Assembly (NCBI GenBank): GCA_035388205.1
Contig: DAOOPK010000001.1
Coordinates: 1-45,315, forward strand
Length of the DNA: 45,315 nt
DNA from: Bacteroidales bacterium
GTDB lineage: Bacteria > Bacteroidota > Bacteroidia > Bacteroidales > ML635J-15
Reading direction: 5' to 3'
Shown piece after piece: positions 18,876 through 26,936 of the stretch; positions within the stretch are counted from its first letter, which is position 1, and each line of letters opens with the position of its first letter. Below the pieces are notes generated by a model that worked only from the letters and a program-made list of their open reading frames with translations, had not been told where the DNA came from and searched no databases. The position numbers and the translations under genes are program-made.

Positions 18876-19880
18876 TTATTTAAGTTTTTCAATAATCTTT
18901 TTTTCAACTTCGGCCATTAGTTCAGGGTTATCATTTAATATTGTTTTTACAGCGTCTCTGCCCTGTCCAAGTTTAGTGTCGTTATAACTGAACCATGAAC
19001 CGCTCTTTTTAATAATCTCAAAGTCAACTCCTAGATCTATAATTTCCCCCATTTTGCTAATCCCTTCACCATACAGAATGTCAAATTCGGCTTTACGGAA
19101 AGGTGGAGCAACTTTATTTTTAACAACTTTAACTTTTGTTCTGTTTCCTGTAATATCTTCACTCTCTTTTATTTGTCCGGTACGTCTTATATCGAGACGA
19201 ATAGAAGCATAAAACTTAAGAGCATTTCCACCTGTGGTGGTTTCCGGATTACCGAACATTACACCGATTTTTTCACGTAATTGGTTGATAAATATGCAGC
19301 AAGTCTGAGTTTTACTGATGTTTCCGGTCAGTTTTCTTAAAGCTTGTGACATAAGTCTAGCCTGAAGTCCCATTTTTGAATCTCCCATTTCGCCTTCTAT
19401 CTCAGCACGTGGTGTTAATGCGGCAACAGAATCAATAACAATAATATCAATTGCACCGGAGCGAATAAGATTGTCGGTAATTTCCAGAGCCTGTTCGCCA
19501 TTGTCCGGTTGGGAAATAATTAAATTTTCAACATCTACACCTAATTTCTCTGCATAAGCTCTATCGAAGGCGTGTTCAGCATCAATTATTGCAGCTATCC
19601 CACCTGCTTTTTGTGCTTCAGCAATTGCATGAATAGCCAAAGTCGTTTTACCTGAGGACTCGGGTCCGTATATTTCAACAACTCTGCCACGTGGGTAACC
19701 ACCTACTCCGAGAGCAACATCAAGACCTATTGAACCGGATTTTATGACAGGGATGTTTTCTATCGGCTGTGAGCCAAGCATCATAATTGAACCTTTGCCA
19801 TAGTCTTTTTCTATTTTACCCATTGCCAACTGAACGGCTTTCATTTTCTCTTTTCTGATATCTTCAGGTGTATTTGCCAT
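18876..19880 (-). CDS. recA: Recombinase RecA
   Basis: 334 aa. Walker A is GPESSGKTT, with [10 protein letters not shown], plus L1/L2 loop regions. Confidence 0.97.
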   Translation of the reverse strand: MANTPEDIRKEKMKAVQLAMGKIEKDYGKGSIMMLGSQPIENIPVIKSGSIGLDVALGVGGYPRGRVVEIYGPESSGKTTLAIHAIAEAQKAGGIAAIIDAEHAFDRAYAEKLGVDVENLIISQPDNGEQALEITDNLIRSGAIDIIVIDSVAALTPRAEIEGEMGDSKMGLQARLMSQALRKLTGNISKTQTCCIFINQLREKIGVMFGNPETTTGGNALKFYASIRLDIRRTGQIKESEDITGNRTKVKVVKNKVAPPFRKAEFDILYGEGISKMGEIIDLGVDFEIIKKSGSWFSYNDTKLGQGRDAVKTILNDNPELMAEVEKKIIEKLK

Positions 19881-19890
19881 AATTTTAAAT

Positions 19891-20352
19891 TTATTTTGTT
19901 TCTTTTAATATTTGCTGTGAATGTGCTTTAGTATCTACCTTTTCAAATATATTTTCTATTATTCCTTTACTGTTGATTACGAAAGTTTTTCGTAAAACTC
20001 CCATATATTTTTTACCATACATGGATTTTTCTCCCCAAGCTTCGTAAGAGATTAATATTTCTTTTTCTGTATCGCAAATAAGATCGAAAGGGAGATTATA
20101 TTTTTCTTTAAATTTCTGATGAGATTTCTCCGAATCCGGACTTACTCCAATGACTTCATAGCCTTTTGACAGCCACATATCATAATTATCTCTCAAATCG
20201 CAGGCTTCGGTAGTACAACCCGGAGTAGAATCCTTGGGATAGAAGTATAATATGAGGTTTTCCCCTGCAAAATCTGAGAGTGTAATTTCTTTACCATTCT
20301 GATTTTTTCCTTTAAAATCAGGCGCTTTAGAACCTATCTCTAGTTTGCTCAT
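19891..20352 (-). CDS. bcp: Peroxiredoxin Bcp/PrxQ-type thiol peroxidase
   Basis: 153 aa. [16 protein letters not shown] peroxidatic/resolving Cys motif. Located immediately upstream of recA. Confidence 0.9.
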   Translation of the reverse strand: MSKLEIGSKAPDFKGKNQNGKEITLSDFAGENLILYFYPKDSTPGCTTEACDLRDNYDMWLSKGYEVIGVSPDSEKSHQKFKEKYNLPFDLICDTEKEILISYEAWGEKSMYGKKYMGVLRKTFVINSKGIIENIFEKVDTKAHSQQILKETK

Positions 20353-20442
20353 ATTTTAATCAATTTATGAATAGACAAATATAATTTTCACAATTGGTTA
20401 AACCATAAAAAAATGAAAAAGTTTATTAACAATGGGAAAAAA

Positions 20443-20487
20443 GTACTTAGAGTGCCTAGAGTGTCTAAAGTGCCTAGAATACTTGGC
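20443..20487. repeat. Five tandem 9-bp units (GTRYCTAGA-like) in the bcp / 20582 divergent intergenic region
   Basis: gtacttaga gtgcctaga gtgtctaaa gtgcctaga atacttggc, immediately followed by gttgggc gttgg. Confidence 0.7.
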
Positions 20488-20581
20488 GTTGGGCGTTGGA
20501 TATTTGAGAGGTGGAACATGAAATATTTCTTTAAAACTTTCGTTAATTCTAATAAATTTGCAAAAGACAAAACAATATTTT

Positions 20582-21529
20582 ATGAAGGCATTTTTTTATT
20601 TGATTACGATTTTCTTAATGACATTTTCTTTTCCAAGAATTCTATTTTCTCAATCGGGAATTTTGCACTATTCGGGGGAAGCTTATTACTGTATGTTGAC
20701 AAAAGATAGTTTATATAATGCAGCAGAATATAAAAAGGCTATAACATTTCACTTGTCCGAGATGGAGCAGAGAAATGACCTATCAGGACACAATTTATAT
20801 ATCGTTGCTAAATGCTATGCTATGCTCGAAATGCCAGATTCTGCTTTTTACTATCTTAACAAGTATATTGATAATTCAAATAAAGATTATCGTTACGTTT
20901 TTATTGATGAAGATTTAGAAATATTAAGAAAAGATAAAAATGAGTGGTCGAGAATTTCTAACAAAATAGAAGAAAAATTCGTCAATAATCTTGATTCTAA
21001 TGCAAATAAAGAGTATGCTTATGAGTTATTTAAACTGGGAACCGAAGATTTTTTATACGTACATACAGACCTGATTTGCATAAGACATGAAAAACCAAAG
21101 CCAATTCAAATCAGAAAAAAACAAGAAAAAATCAGAAAAGACTTTGATATATTGGTCCGCAAATATGGATTCCCCACTCCATCAACTGTTGGTATAGAAG
21201 CAACTTGGTTTGCATTTGATATTATGTATCCTGTAACTGAAGAAAAACACTATTTAATGGTCAAAAAAGCTTTTAATGAAGGCGATTATTTACCTGAACA
21301 CTTTGCATGGATAACAGATCGTTGGTTAGTTCAAAACGAAAAATTACAATTGTTCGGTACTCAATTCTCAGCCGAATTAAATTCTGAAGGTAAAAGAGCA
21401 ACGATACTGATGCCAGTGGAAGATTTTAAAAATCTTAACAAACGAAGAGCTGAAATCGGATTGCAAACTATTGAGAAGGATGCGAAAATGATAAATGGTA
21501 CAATTCCGCAAGAGTACTATGTTGAATAG
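20582..21529 (+). CDS. Hypothetical secreted/membrane-anchored protein
   Basis: The track ORF begins at a TTG (20558). The first ATG (20582) gives MKAFFYLITIFLMTFSF..., a signal-like N-terminus. No motif recognised. Confidence 0.55.
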   Translation: MKAFFYLITIFLMTFSFPRILFSQSGILHYSGEAYYCMLTKDSLYNAAEYKKAITFHLSEMEQRNDLSGHNLYIVAKCYAMLEMPDSAFYYLNKYIDNSNKDYRYVFIDEDLEILRKDKNEWSRISNKIEEKFVNNLDSNANKEYAYELFKLGTEDFLYVHTDLICIRHEKPKPIQIRKKQEKIRKDFDILVRKYGFPTPSTVGIEATWFAFDIMYPVTEEKHYLMVKKAFNEGDYLPEHFAWITDRWLVQNEKLQLFGTQFSAELNSEGKRATILMPVEDFKNLNKRRAEIGLQTIEKDAKMINGTIPQEYYVE

Positions 21530-21603
21530 ACTAATTGGTAGAACCCTAAACGATTAGGCTGCACTTATCAAATCACTCCGCACTGTGAGGTCACTGAGCG
21601 AAG

Positions 21604-21622
21604 TCGAAGTGCCGCACTTCGA
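21604..21622. terminator. GC-rich hairpin between convergent genes, with a T-rich tract on the plus strand
   Basis: tcgaagtg (21604-21611) pairs with cacttcga (21615-21622), loop ccg, followed by actttcactttcttttctt. Confidence 0.45.
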
Positions 21623-21626
21623 ACTT

Positions 21627-22061
21627 TCACTTTCTTTTCTTCCCAAAGAAATCTTTCAGTAATTCCCCACATTCCTCTGCAAGCACACCTCCAGTCAGTG
21701 TAGTTTTTGGGTGTAAAATACGAGGATCAGTATTAGTAAAGCCGTGCTTTTCGTCATAAGCACCAAAAACCACATTTGAAATTTGTGCCCAAGAAAGTGC
21801 TCCGGCACACATAACGCAAGGTTCTAAAGTTACATAAATCGTACAGTCTGTCAGATATTTAGCCCCCAGATAATTTGAAGCAGCCGTTATCGCAATTATT
21901 TCGGCATGTGCAGTAACATCTTTAAGCATTTCGGTCTGATTATGTCCGCGTGCAATGATTTTGTTGTGACAAACTATTACTGCACCTATTGGCACTTCGT
22001 CCTTTTCCATCGCTTTTTGTGCTTCTAGAAGAGCCATTCTCATATATTGTTCGTGATTCAT
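21627..22061 (-). CDS. tadA: tRNA-specific adenosine deaminase
   Basis: 144 aa. HAE zinc/catalytic motif (TAHAEIIAI) and PCVMCAGAL motif. Confidence 0.92.
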   Translation of the reverse strand: MNHEQYMRMALLEAQKAMEKDEVPIGAVIVCHNKIIARGHNQTEMLKDVTAHAEIIAITAASNYLGAKYLTDCTIYVTLEPCVMCAGALSWAQISNVVFGAYDEKHGFTNTDPRILHPKTTLTGGVLAEECGELLKDFFGKKRK

Positions 22062-22074
22062 TGTTGTGTTTTAT

Positions 22075-22563
22075 TTATAAATACAAAATTCGAATTTTAC
22101 CGGTATCCGGACAATTTTTCAATAATTCCAAAATGTTTTTTTTCATAATAGGATGTATAAAATCCTTTGCAATTTCAGACATTGGCATTAGAACAAAAAG
22201 ACGTTCTTGTATTTTAGGGTGTGGAATTGTCAGATTATCTGTTTTGATAATTTCTTTTCCATAGAACAAAATATCAATATCCATTGTACGTCCCTCATAA
22301 CCTGTCCCGGTTCTTTGTCTTTTCATTTCAGTTTCAATTCCAGTAATAATATTAAAAACCTCATCAGCAGACATTTCTGTCTTTAACATCAAGACTGCAT
22401 TTGTAAAATATTTTTTGTGTTTAAATCCCCATGGTTCAGATATATATACTGAAGATATTTTTTCGGGTACAGCAATTTTTCTCGATATCAATTTAATTGC
22501 AGTTTTGATGTTATTAAACCTGTCGCCCAAATTCCCTCCTATGCCCAAAAAAACTTCAAACAT
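22075..22563 (-). CDS. folK: 2-amino-4-hydroxy-6-hydroxymethyldihydropteridine diphosphokinase (HPPK)
   Basis: 162 aa. N-terminus LGIGGNLGDR, then YISEPWG, RTMDIDILFYG and LTIPHP motifs. Confidence 0.9.
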   Translation of the reverse strand: MFEVFLGIGGNLGDRFNNIKTAIKLISRKIAVPEKISSVYISEPWGFKHKKYFTNAVLMLKTEMSADEVFNIITGIETEMKRQRTGTGYEGRTMDIDILFYGKEIIKTDNLTIPHPKIQERLFVLMPMSEIAKDFIHPIMKKNILELLKNCPDTGKIRILYL

Positions 22564-22626
22564 AATTGAAAACCTTTAAATTTAGCAAACTTTGGTTGCA
22601 GTAATTAGATTGAAAAAGTGACTTTA

Positions 22627-22691
22627 GGAATGGGGCATGGGGCAAGGAGCAAGGTGAGTCTGCTCCATGCCCTATGCTCCATGCTCCATGC
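22627..22691. repeat. Imperfect palindrome built from heptad repeats (GGNATGG/GGCAAGG arms versus ATGCTCC arms)
   Basis: gcatggggcaaggagca (22635-22651) pairs with tgctccatgccctatgc (22661-22677) in 15 of 17 positions, loop aggtgagtc. Extra ATGCTCC copies extend to 22691. Lies 24 nt downstream of the radical SAM/SPASM stop. Confidence 0.75.
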
Positions 22692-22714
22692 AAAATGTTA
22701 TAATTCATCATTAA

Positions 22715-23698
22715 TTAAATTTCTGTACAATTCCTACACATTTCAATACTTTTACGTTGCGAAAATACAGTTTTTATAAATTGTTTACACTTTTCAGAGT
22801 TACGAATTTCATTTACGGTTTGCGAATTTGCATCTCCAAATACAAATTCTGCATCTTTATCGAAGCAACATGGTATTAGTTTCCCATCCCAGGTTATAAC
22901 CGAACCAAAAACAATCCTTTTGCATCTGTTTTTAAATTCAGATTTCAATTGAAACTTATTACCATTAATTCTATAGCGAGAATAATTCTCATTTCTTGGT
23001 AACATTGGAATTTGGCTGCTTTCATAAATTTGAGCAGTTTTAAGTCTGATTCTGTCAATTTTAAATTGTGATTTGATTTTTTTAAGTTTTGGAATTTCAT
23101 CCTCATTATGACTAAAAACCAAAAATTGAACTTCTACATAAGGTCTTTTCTTTTTTGGCAATTGGGAAAGTAATTTTAGTGCATCAAATACTTTGTTTTT
23201 ATCTCCATTTACACGATACTTGTTATAAGTTTCCTGAGTTAATCCGTCAAGGGAAATAATAATCTTGTCCGGTAAGGAGTGTTTAATTTGCTCAAAGATG
23301 TCCGGTAAATTATTTGCATTTGTTGAAAGCTCAGTAAAAATCCTGTTTTTTCGTGCATAACTAATCATTTCACCAATTTGCTTATGAAGCAGCGGTTCTC
23401 CTTGAAAATGGAGCAAAATATTAATCAGACAATTTTTGTTTTCGTCAACGAGTTTTTTGAAAAGCAAAATATCGGCAAATCCTTTATCTCTGGTTAAAAC
23501 GCCAGATCCCGTAGGACAAGCAGGACATTTGAGATTACAATAATTTGTTGGCTCAAATGACAGAAAAGATGGTGGTGGCAATGCAAAAGCTCCTTTGTTT
23601 CGATTTATTTTTTTCAGTTTACGAAAACAGCATTTTAATCTGAGATAATTCAGGATTTTAGTAAATGTAAGACATTTTATATAAGAAAATACTTGCAA
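22715..23698 (-). CDS. Radical SAM / SPASM-domain protein of unknown function (TTG start)
   Basis: 327 aa. CNLKCPAC (CX3CX2C) at residues about 54-61. The C-terminal Cys-rich region (CCFDKD ... CKQF ... CRNC) resembles SPASM/twitch. There is no in-frame ATG or GTG between the upstream stop (23714-23716) and the cluster motif. Confidence 0.8.
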   Translation of the reverse strand: MQVFSYIKCLTFTKILNYLRLKCCFRKLKKINRNKGAFALPPPSFLSFEPTNYCNLKCPACPTGSGVLTRDKGFADILLFKKLVDENKNCLINILLHFQGEPLLHKQIGEMISYARKNRIFTELSTNANNLPDIFEQIKHSLPDKIIISLDGLTQETYNKYRVNGDKNKVFDALKLLSQLPKKKRPYVEVQFLVFSHNEDEIPKLKKIKSQFKIDRIRLKTAQIYESSQIPMLPRNENYSRYRINGNKFQLKSEFKNRCKRIVFGSVITWDGKLIPCCFDKDAEFVFGDANSQTVNEIRNSEKCKQFIKTVFSQRKSIEMCRNCTEI

Positions 23699-23725
23699 GT
23701 TTTTTTGTGCAAGTTAGTAATTTTT

Positions 23726-24487
23726 CTACAAATAATACTTCCAGATCAGACTTGCCAGCAACATAATAAATGCAAATATCAGAAAGCCTCTGATAACGCC
23801 TTCGCCACGTTTTATCGCAAGACGACTGCCAAGAAAATTGCCTGCCATATTTGCAATAGCGATTGGCAAAGCAAGTAGAAAAAGTACTTTGCCCCCTATT
23901 ATAAAAGCAGTCAAACCACCCACATTCGACATAAGATTAAAAACCTTGGCATTTGCTGTTGAGTCAATCAGTCTCATTTTAGTAAAAAAGAAGAAAGCAA
24001 GAGTGAGAAAAGATCCTGTTCCGGGACCGAAAAAGCCATCGTAAAACCCTATAATTGTACAAATTATCGGAATTTTAAAATAGAAATCTCTTTTGGTAAG
24101 TTCTGCTCCCGAAACTATCCCTTTACGTGGGATAAGGGTTGCGACAACACCAAGTGGAAGCATAAAAATAATTACTTTGCCTACAATTTCCTGATTTAAG
24201 ACAAGAACTGTTTTTGAACCTATGAATGAACCTATTAGAGAAAAAGCTATTCCAAAAGCTATAACTTTCCAGTTTACTTTTTTACTCCTTACAAAGTTAA
24301 ATACAGCAGTGCCGGTACCAAACGTACTTGCAAGTTTGTTTGTGCCGAGTGCAAACTGTGGAGGGACTCCGGCAAATAGTAAAGATGGTAAAGTGATTAG
24401 CCCACCCCCTCCGGCAATACTGTCAATAAATCCTGCTATGAAAAATGCAAGACAGAGAAGTAGTATTGTGGATAACTCTAAATCCAT
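23726..24487 (-). CDS. TauE/SafE-family anion (sulfite/sulfonate) exporter-like membrane protein
   Basis: 253 aa with about 7-8 TM helices, AGGGGL motif in TM1 and repeated G-rich helices typical of the TauE/SafE (DUF81) family. Confidence 0.75.
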   Translation of the reverse strand: MDLELSTILLLCLAFFIAGFIDSIAGGGGLITLPSLLFAGVPPQFALGTNKLASTFGTGTAVFNFVRSKKVNWKVIAFGIAFSLIGSFIGSKTVLVLNQEIVGKVIIFMLPLGVVATLIPRKGIVSGAELTKRDFYFKIPIICTIIGFYDGFFGPGTGSFLTLAFFFFTKMRLIDSTANAKVFNLMSNVGGLTAFIIGGKVLFLLALPIAIANMAGNFLGSRLAIKRGEGVIRGFLIFAFIMLLASLIWKYYL

Positions 24488-24557
24488 TATTAAAATTTTC
24501 GCAAAACTAATTTATTTCCAAACATACGAGCATTTCTGATTATCAAAAATACTGATG

Positions 24558-25034
24558 TTACTCAGAAACTTTTAAATCTGTATCATTAATTTGCTTTATA
24601 TAAAGGCAATTTTTAGAATGGAAGCTAAAATGAATTTCTATCATATCATTTTGCTCGTATGTCATATAATTGTGAGGATTTACGCCCACATTGTGCTCGC
24701 CAACTTTAAAATAGTAATAGATCCTGTTGCCATGTCCTATCCTAATATTACTGAATCTTGAGAATTTTTCAAGGAGAGGTCCTTTATAAACATATTTTTT
24801 CCCTTCTTTGTATTCACGAGTAAAAATATAATTAGCAAAAATGGCAAAAGCTAAAAATATAAATTCAAAACACAATACTTCAAAAACAACAAAGGGCTTC
24901 TTATTAAAAAAAACTAAAACAACTATTATTGCTATTATAATTAAAACTGAATAAACAATAAATGATATATTCTTCAGTAATCTATAATTTGATAATTCTT
25001 TTTCCGACAGTGGAACAATTTCGATAGTATTCAT
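24558..25034 (-). CDS. Hypothetical 2-TM membrane protein with C-terminal soluble domain
   Basis: 158 aa, ATG start, 2-nt gap from the upstream GH20-like gene. Two hydrophobic helices (residues about 24-43 and 48-70). Confidence 0.55.
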   Translation of the reverse strand: MNTIEIVPLSEKELSNYRLLKNISFIVYSVLIIIAIIVVLVFFNKKPFVVFEVLCFEFIFLAFAIFANYIFTREYKEGKKYVYKGPLLEKFSRFSNIRIGHGNRIYYYFKVGEHNVGVNPHNYMTYEQNDMIEIHFSFHSKNCLYIKQINDTDLKVSE

Positions 25035-25036
25035 GA

Positions 25037-26935
25037 TTATTTTTTATAGTAATTTAACAAATTTTCGAGTTTCCCTGCCGAATCTTTTAATCCCCCCGGT
25101 TTGTTTCGTACTATCCAGAGTTTTTTGTAATTTTCTATTAATGGGTTTAATTCAGCTATCAGTTCCTTTTTAACTTCTTTTGGGATATTTTCAGTTGATT
25201 TGTCTTTGGCGTACAGTCTAGCTATTCCCAGATGTATACCATGTAATGCCAAATTTGCAGCTTGCTCAGTCTCTGAAATTATTATCGCAGAATCCTTCGA
25301 TTGAGGTTTAGCATCTTTAAGTATGTCTAGTGCAGCAATAATTTCTTTTTCTGCTTCTTCGAGTCCTTCTATATTAAGTTCTTTTGTTTGATAAAAACCA
25401 TCCATTGTCCATTTATATCTGTAAAGCATCAGGTGAAAAGCATTTGCGTTACCATTAGGGATATTTGTTTTTGTTTCTGCATAACCAAGCTTTAGTATAG
25501 CTTTGGCAGTATTTCCCGCATTGTCTTTAAAGACATAATGATTTAATAAGAATTCCAGATTTTTCAAGGTGTTTTCATTATAATTCCACGCATAAGCAGT
25601 GCCGAGAAGCAGTGCCGGATAAGTTACAGACATAGGTTGCCAGTGTCCGTTATCTCCCCAGCTTGTAATTAAATATCCTTTGGCAAAATATTTTTTCCCT
25701 TGTATTGCAGCATTTTTAAGATTTTCAAATGCATTTTGATTTCTTCCTATAAGCGAATTCCAAGCCGAAGTCCCGGGACAAACATAGAAATCAAGTCCCG
25801 CAGCAACAAATTTCGATAAATCTTTCCCGGCTGAAAACTTGTCATCATAACCCCAGACAAGTGCAATCATGTTTTTAGGTAACTCATCTATTAGTTCAGG
25901 ATGATTTACTATAATATCTCCCCAGAATTGAGTTTTTTTACCTTGTTTGTTTACTTCTTCATTCAGTTTAAGGAGATAATCAAGATATACTCTCCCCTTA
26001 CCTTGTTTTTTGCATTGAGGTGCAGAACGCCCTAATCCTAATTCTACTGTTTCGTCACAACCTATATTAAAATATTCGCTGGTAAAATTGGGTAATAGCT
26101 CATTGTAAAGTTCTTGCATTAATTCAAATGACTTTGGATTGGTAGGGTCGAGGCTATGTCTTTTACTTGGACCCCAAATTGTTTTAACTGTTGTTGTGCA
26201 TTCTGCAAGTTCAAGATATTCATCATGCTTTAACCAATTTTCCATGTGACCGAATGAATTCTGATTTGGAACAAGATCTATGTATCTTTCTTTACAGTAA
26301 ATGTCAAGTTCCTGAATTTCTTCTGCAGTCATCGGACTGGAATTTTCCCAAACCACTTTATGATTTTTATATGCAAAAGTATGTTCTGTATATAGCTGAA
26401 ATTCATTGATTTTCAGACTTGCCAGCAAGTCAATTAAAGAATACAATGTTTCCATTGTCGGAACCTTGTCACGACTTATATCAAGCATATATCCCCGGCG
26501 TTCAAAATCAGGATAATCTTTTATTGACACACATGGGATCGGTTGTTTCTCTGTCTTACAATATGACAATAACTGCAGGATGGTTTGTTTTGCATAAAAT
26601 ATTGCTGCTTCACTCTGACCAAGAATGGAAATTGTATTCTTGTCAATTTTTATATAATATGCCTGTGTCGGAAGATTTATCGAATCAATACCCATTTTTA
26701 GGGAATGCAAGTCATAAATCAGATTTGGCAATATTAATTTACTTGTTGAATTATATTCTTTTATTGAAGTAAATATTTCGAGAACTTCAACAGCTTCTGC
26801 ATCACAATAAACGGGTTTATTATTTTCGTCAACAATTTTAATGTTTTTCGGGAATGGTATCAGATATTTGTCGAAACTGTTAGAATAACCTGATAATGAG
26901 AGTATTAAGAAGATAATATACAGAGTTTTTTTCAT
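25037..26935 (-). CDS. GH20-like beta-N-acetylhexosaminidase family protein, secreted
   Basis: 632 aa with a signal peptide. DYPDFERRGYMLDISRD motif, HTFAY, and catalytic-pair context FNIGCDE (D-E). Confidence 0.8.
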   Translation of the reverse strand: MKKTLYIIFLILSLSGYSNSFDKYLIPFPKNIKIVDENNKPVYCDAEAVEVLEIFTSIKEYNSTSKLILPNLIYDLHSLKMGIDSINLPTQAYYIKIDKNTISILGQSEAAIFYAKQTILQLLSYCKTEKQPIPCVSIKDYPDFERRGYMLDISRDKVPTMETLYSLIDLLASLKINEFQLYTEHTFAYKNHKVVWENSSPMTAEEIQELDIYCKERYIDLVPNQNSFGHMENWLKHDEYLELAECTTTVKTIWGPSKRHSLDPTNPKSFELMQELYNELLPNFTSEYFNIGCDETVELGLGRSAPQCKKQGKGRVYLDYLLKLNEEVNKQGKKTQFWGDIIVNHPELIDELPKNMIALVWGYDDKFSAGKDLSKFVAAGLDFYVCPGTSAWNSLIGRNQNAFENLKNAAIQGKKYFAKGYLITSWGDNGHWQPMSVTYPALLLGTAYAWNYNENTLKNLEFLLNHYVFKDNAGNTAKAILKLGYAETKTNIPNGNANAFHLMLYRYKWTMDGFYQTKELNIEGLEEAEKEIIAALDILKDAKPQSKDSAIIISETEQAANLALHGIHLGIARLYAKDKSTENIPKEVKKELIAELNPLIENYKKLWIVRNKPGGLKDSAGKLENLLNYYKK

Positions 26936-26936
26936 A

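Noticed and set aside
20388-20709. ORFs 20413..20709 (+) and 20388..20570 (-) across the 9-mer repeat array
   Set aside because: Both have low-complexity, repeat-derived sequence and are mutually antisense. The plus ORF overlaps the better-supported 20582 gene in another frame. The DNA repeat is the real feature.
22605-22682. 25-aa minus-strand ORF (MEHRAWSRLTLLLAPCPIPKVTFSI) just downstream of the radical SAM/SPASM gene, as a possible RiPP precursor
   Set aside because: It is encoded entirely within the heptad palindrome, so the open frame is most simply a consequence of the repeat. There is no visible ribosome-binding context. It is worth revisiting only if orthologous loci conserve the peptide rather than the hairpin.
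22630-22770. 46-aa plus-strand ORF starting in the palindrome (MGHGARSKVSLLHALCSMLHAKC...)
   Set aside because: It runs antisense into the 3' end of the radical SAM/SPASM gene and derives from the same palindrome.
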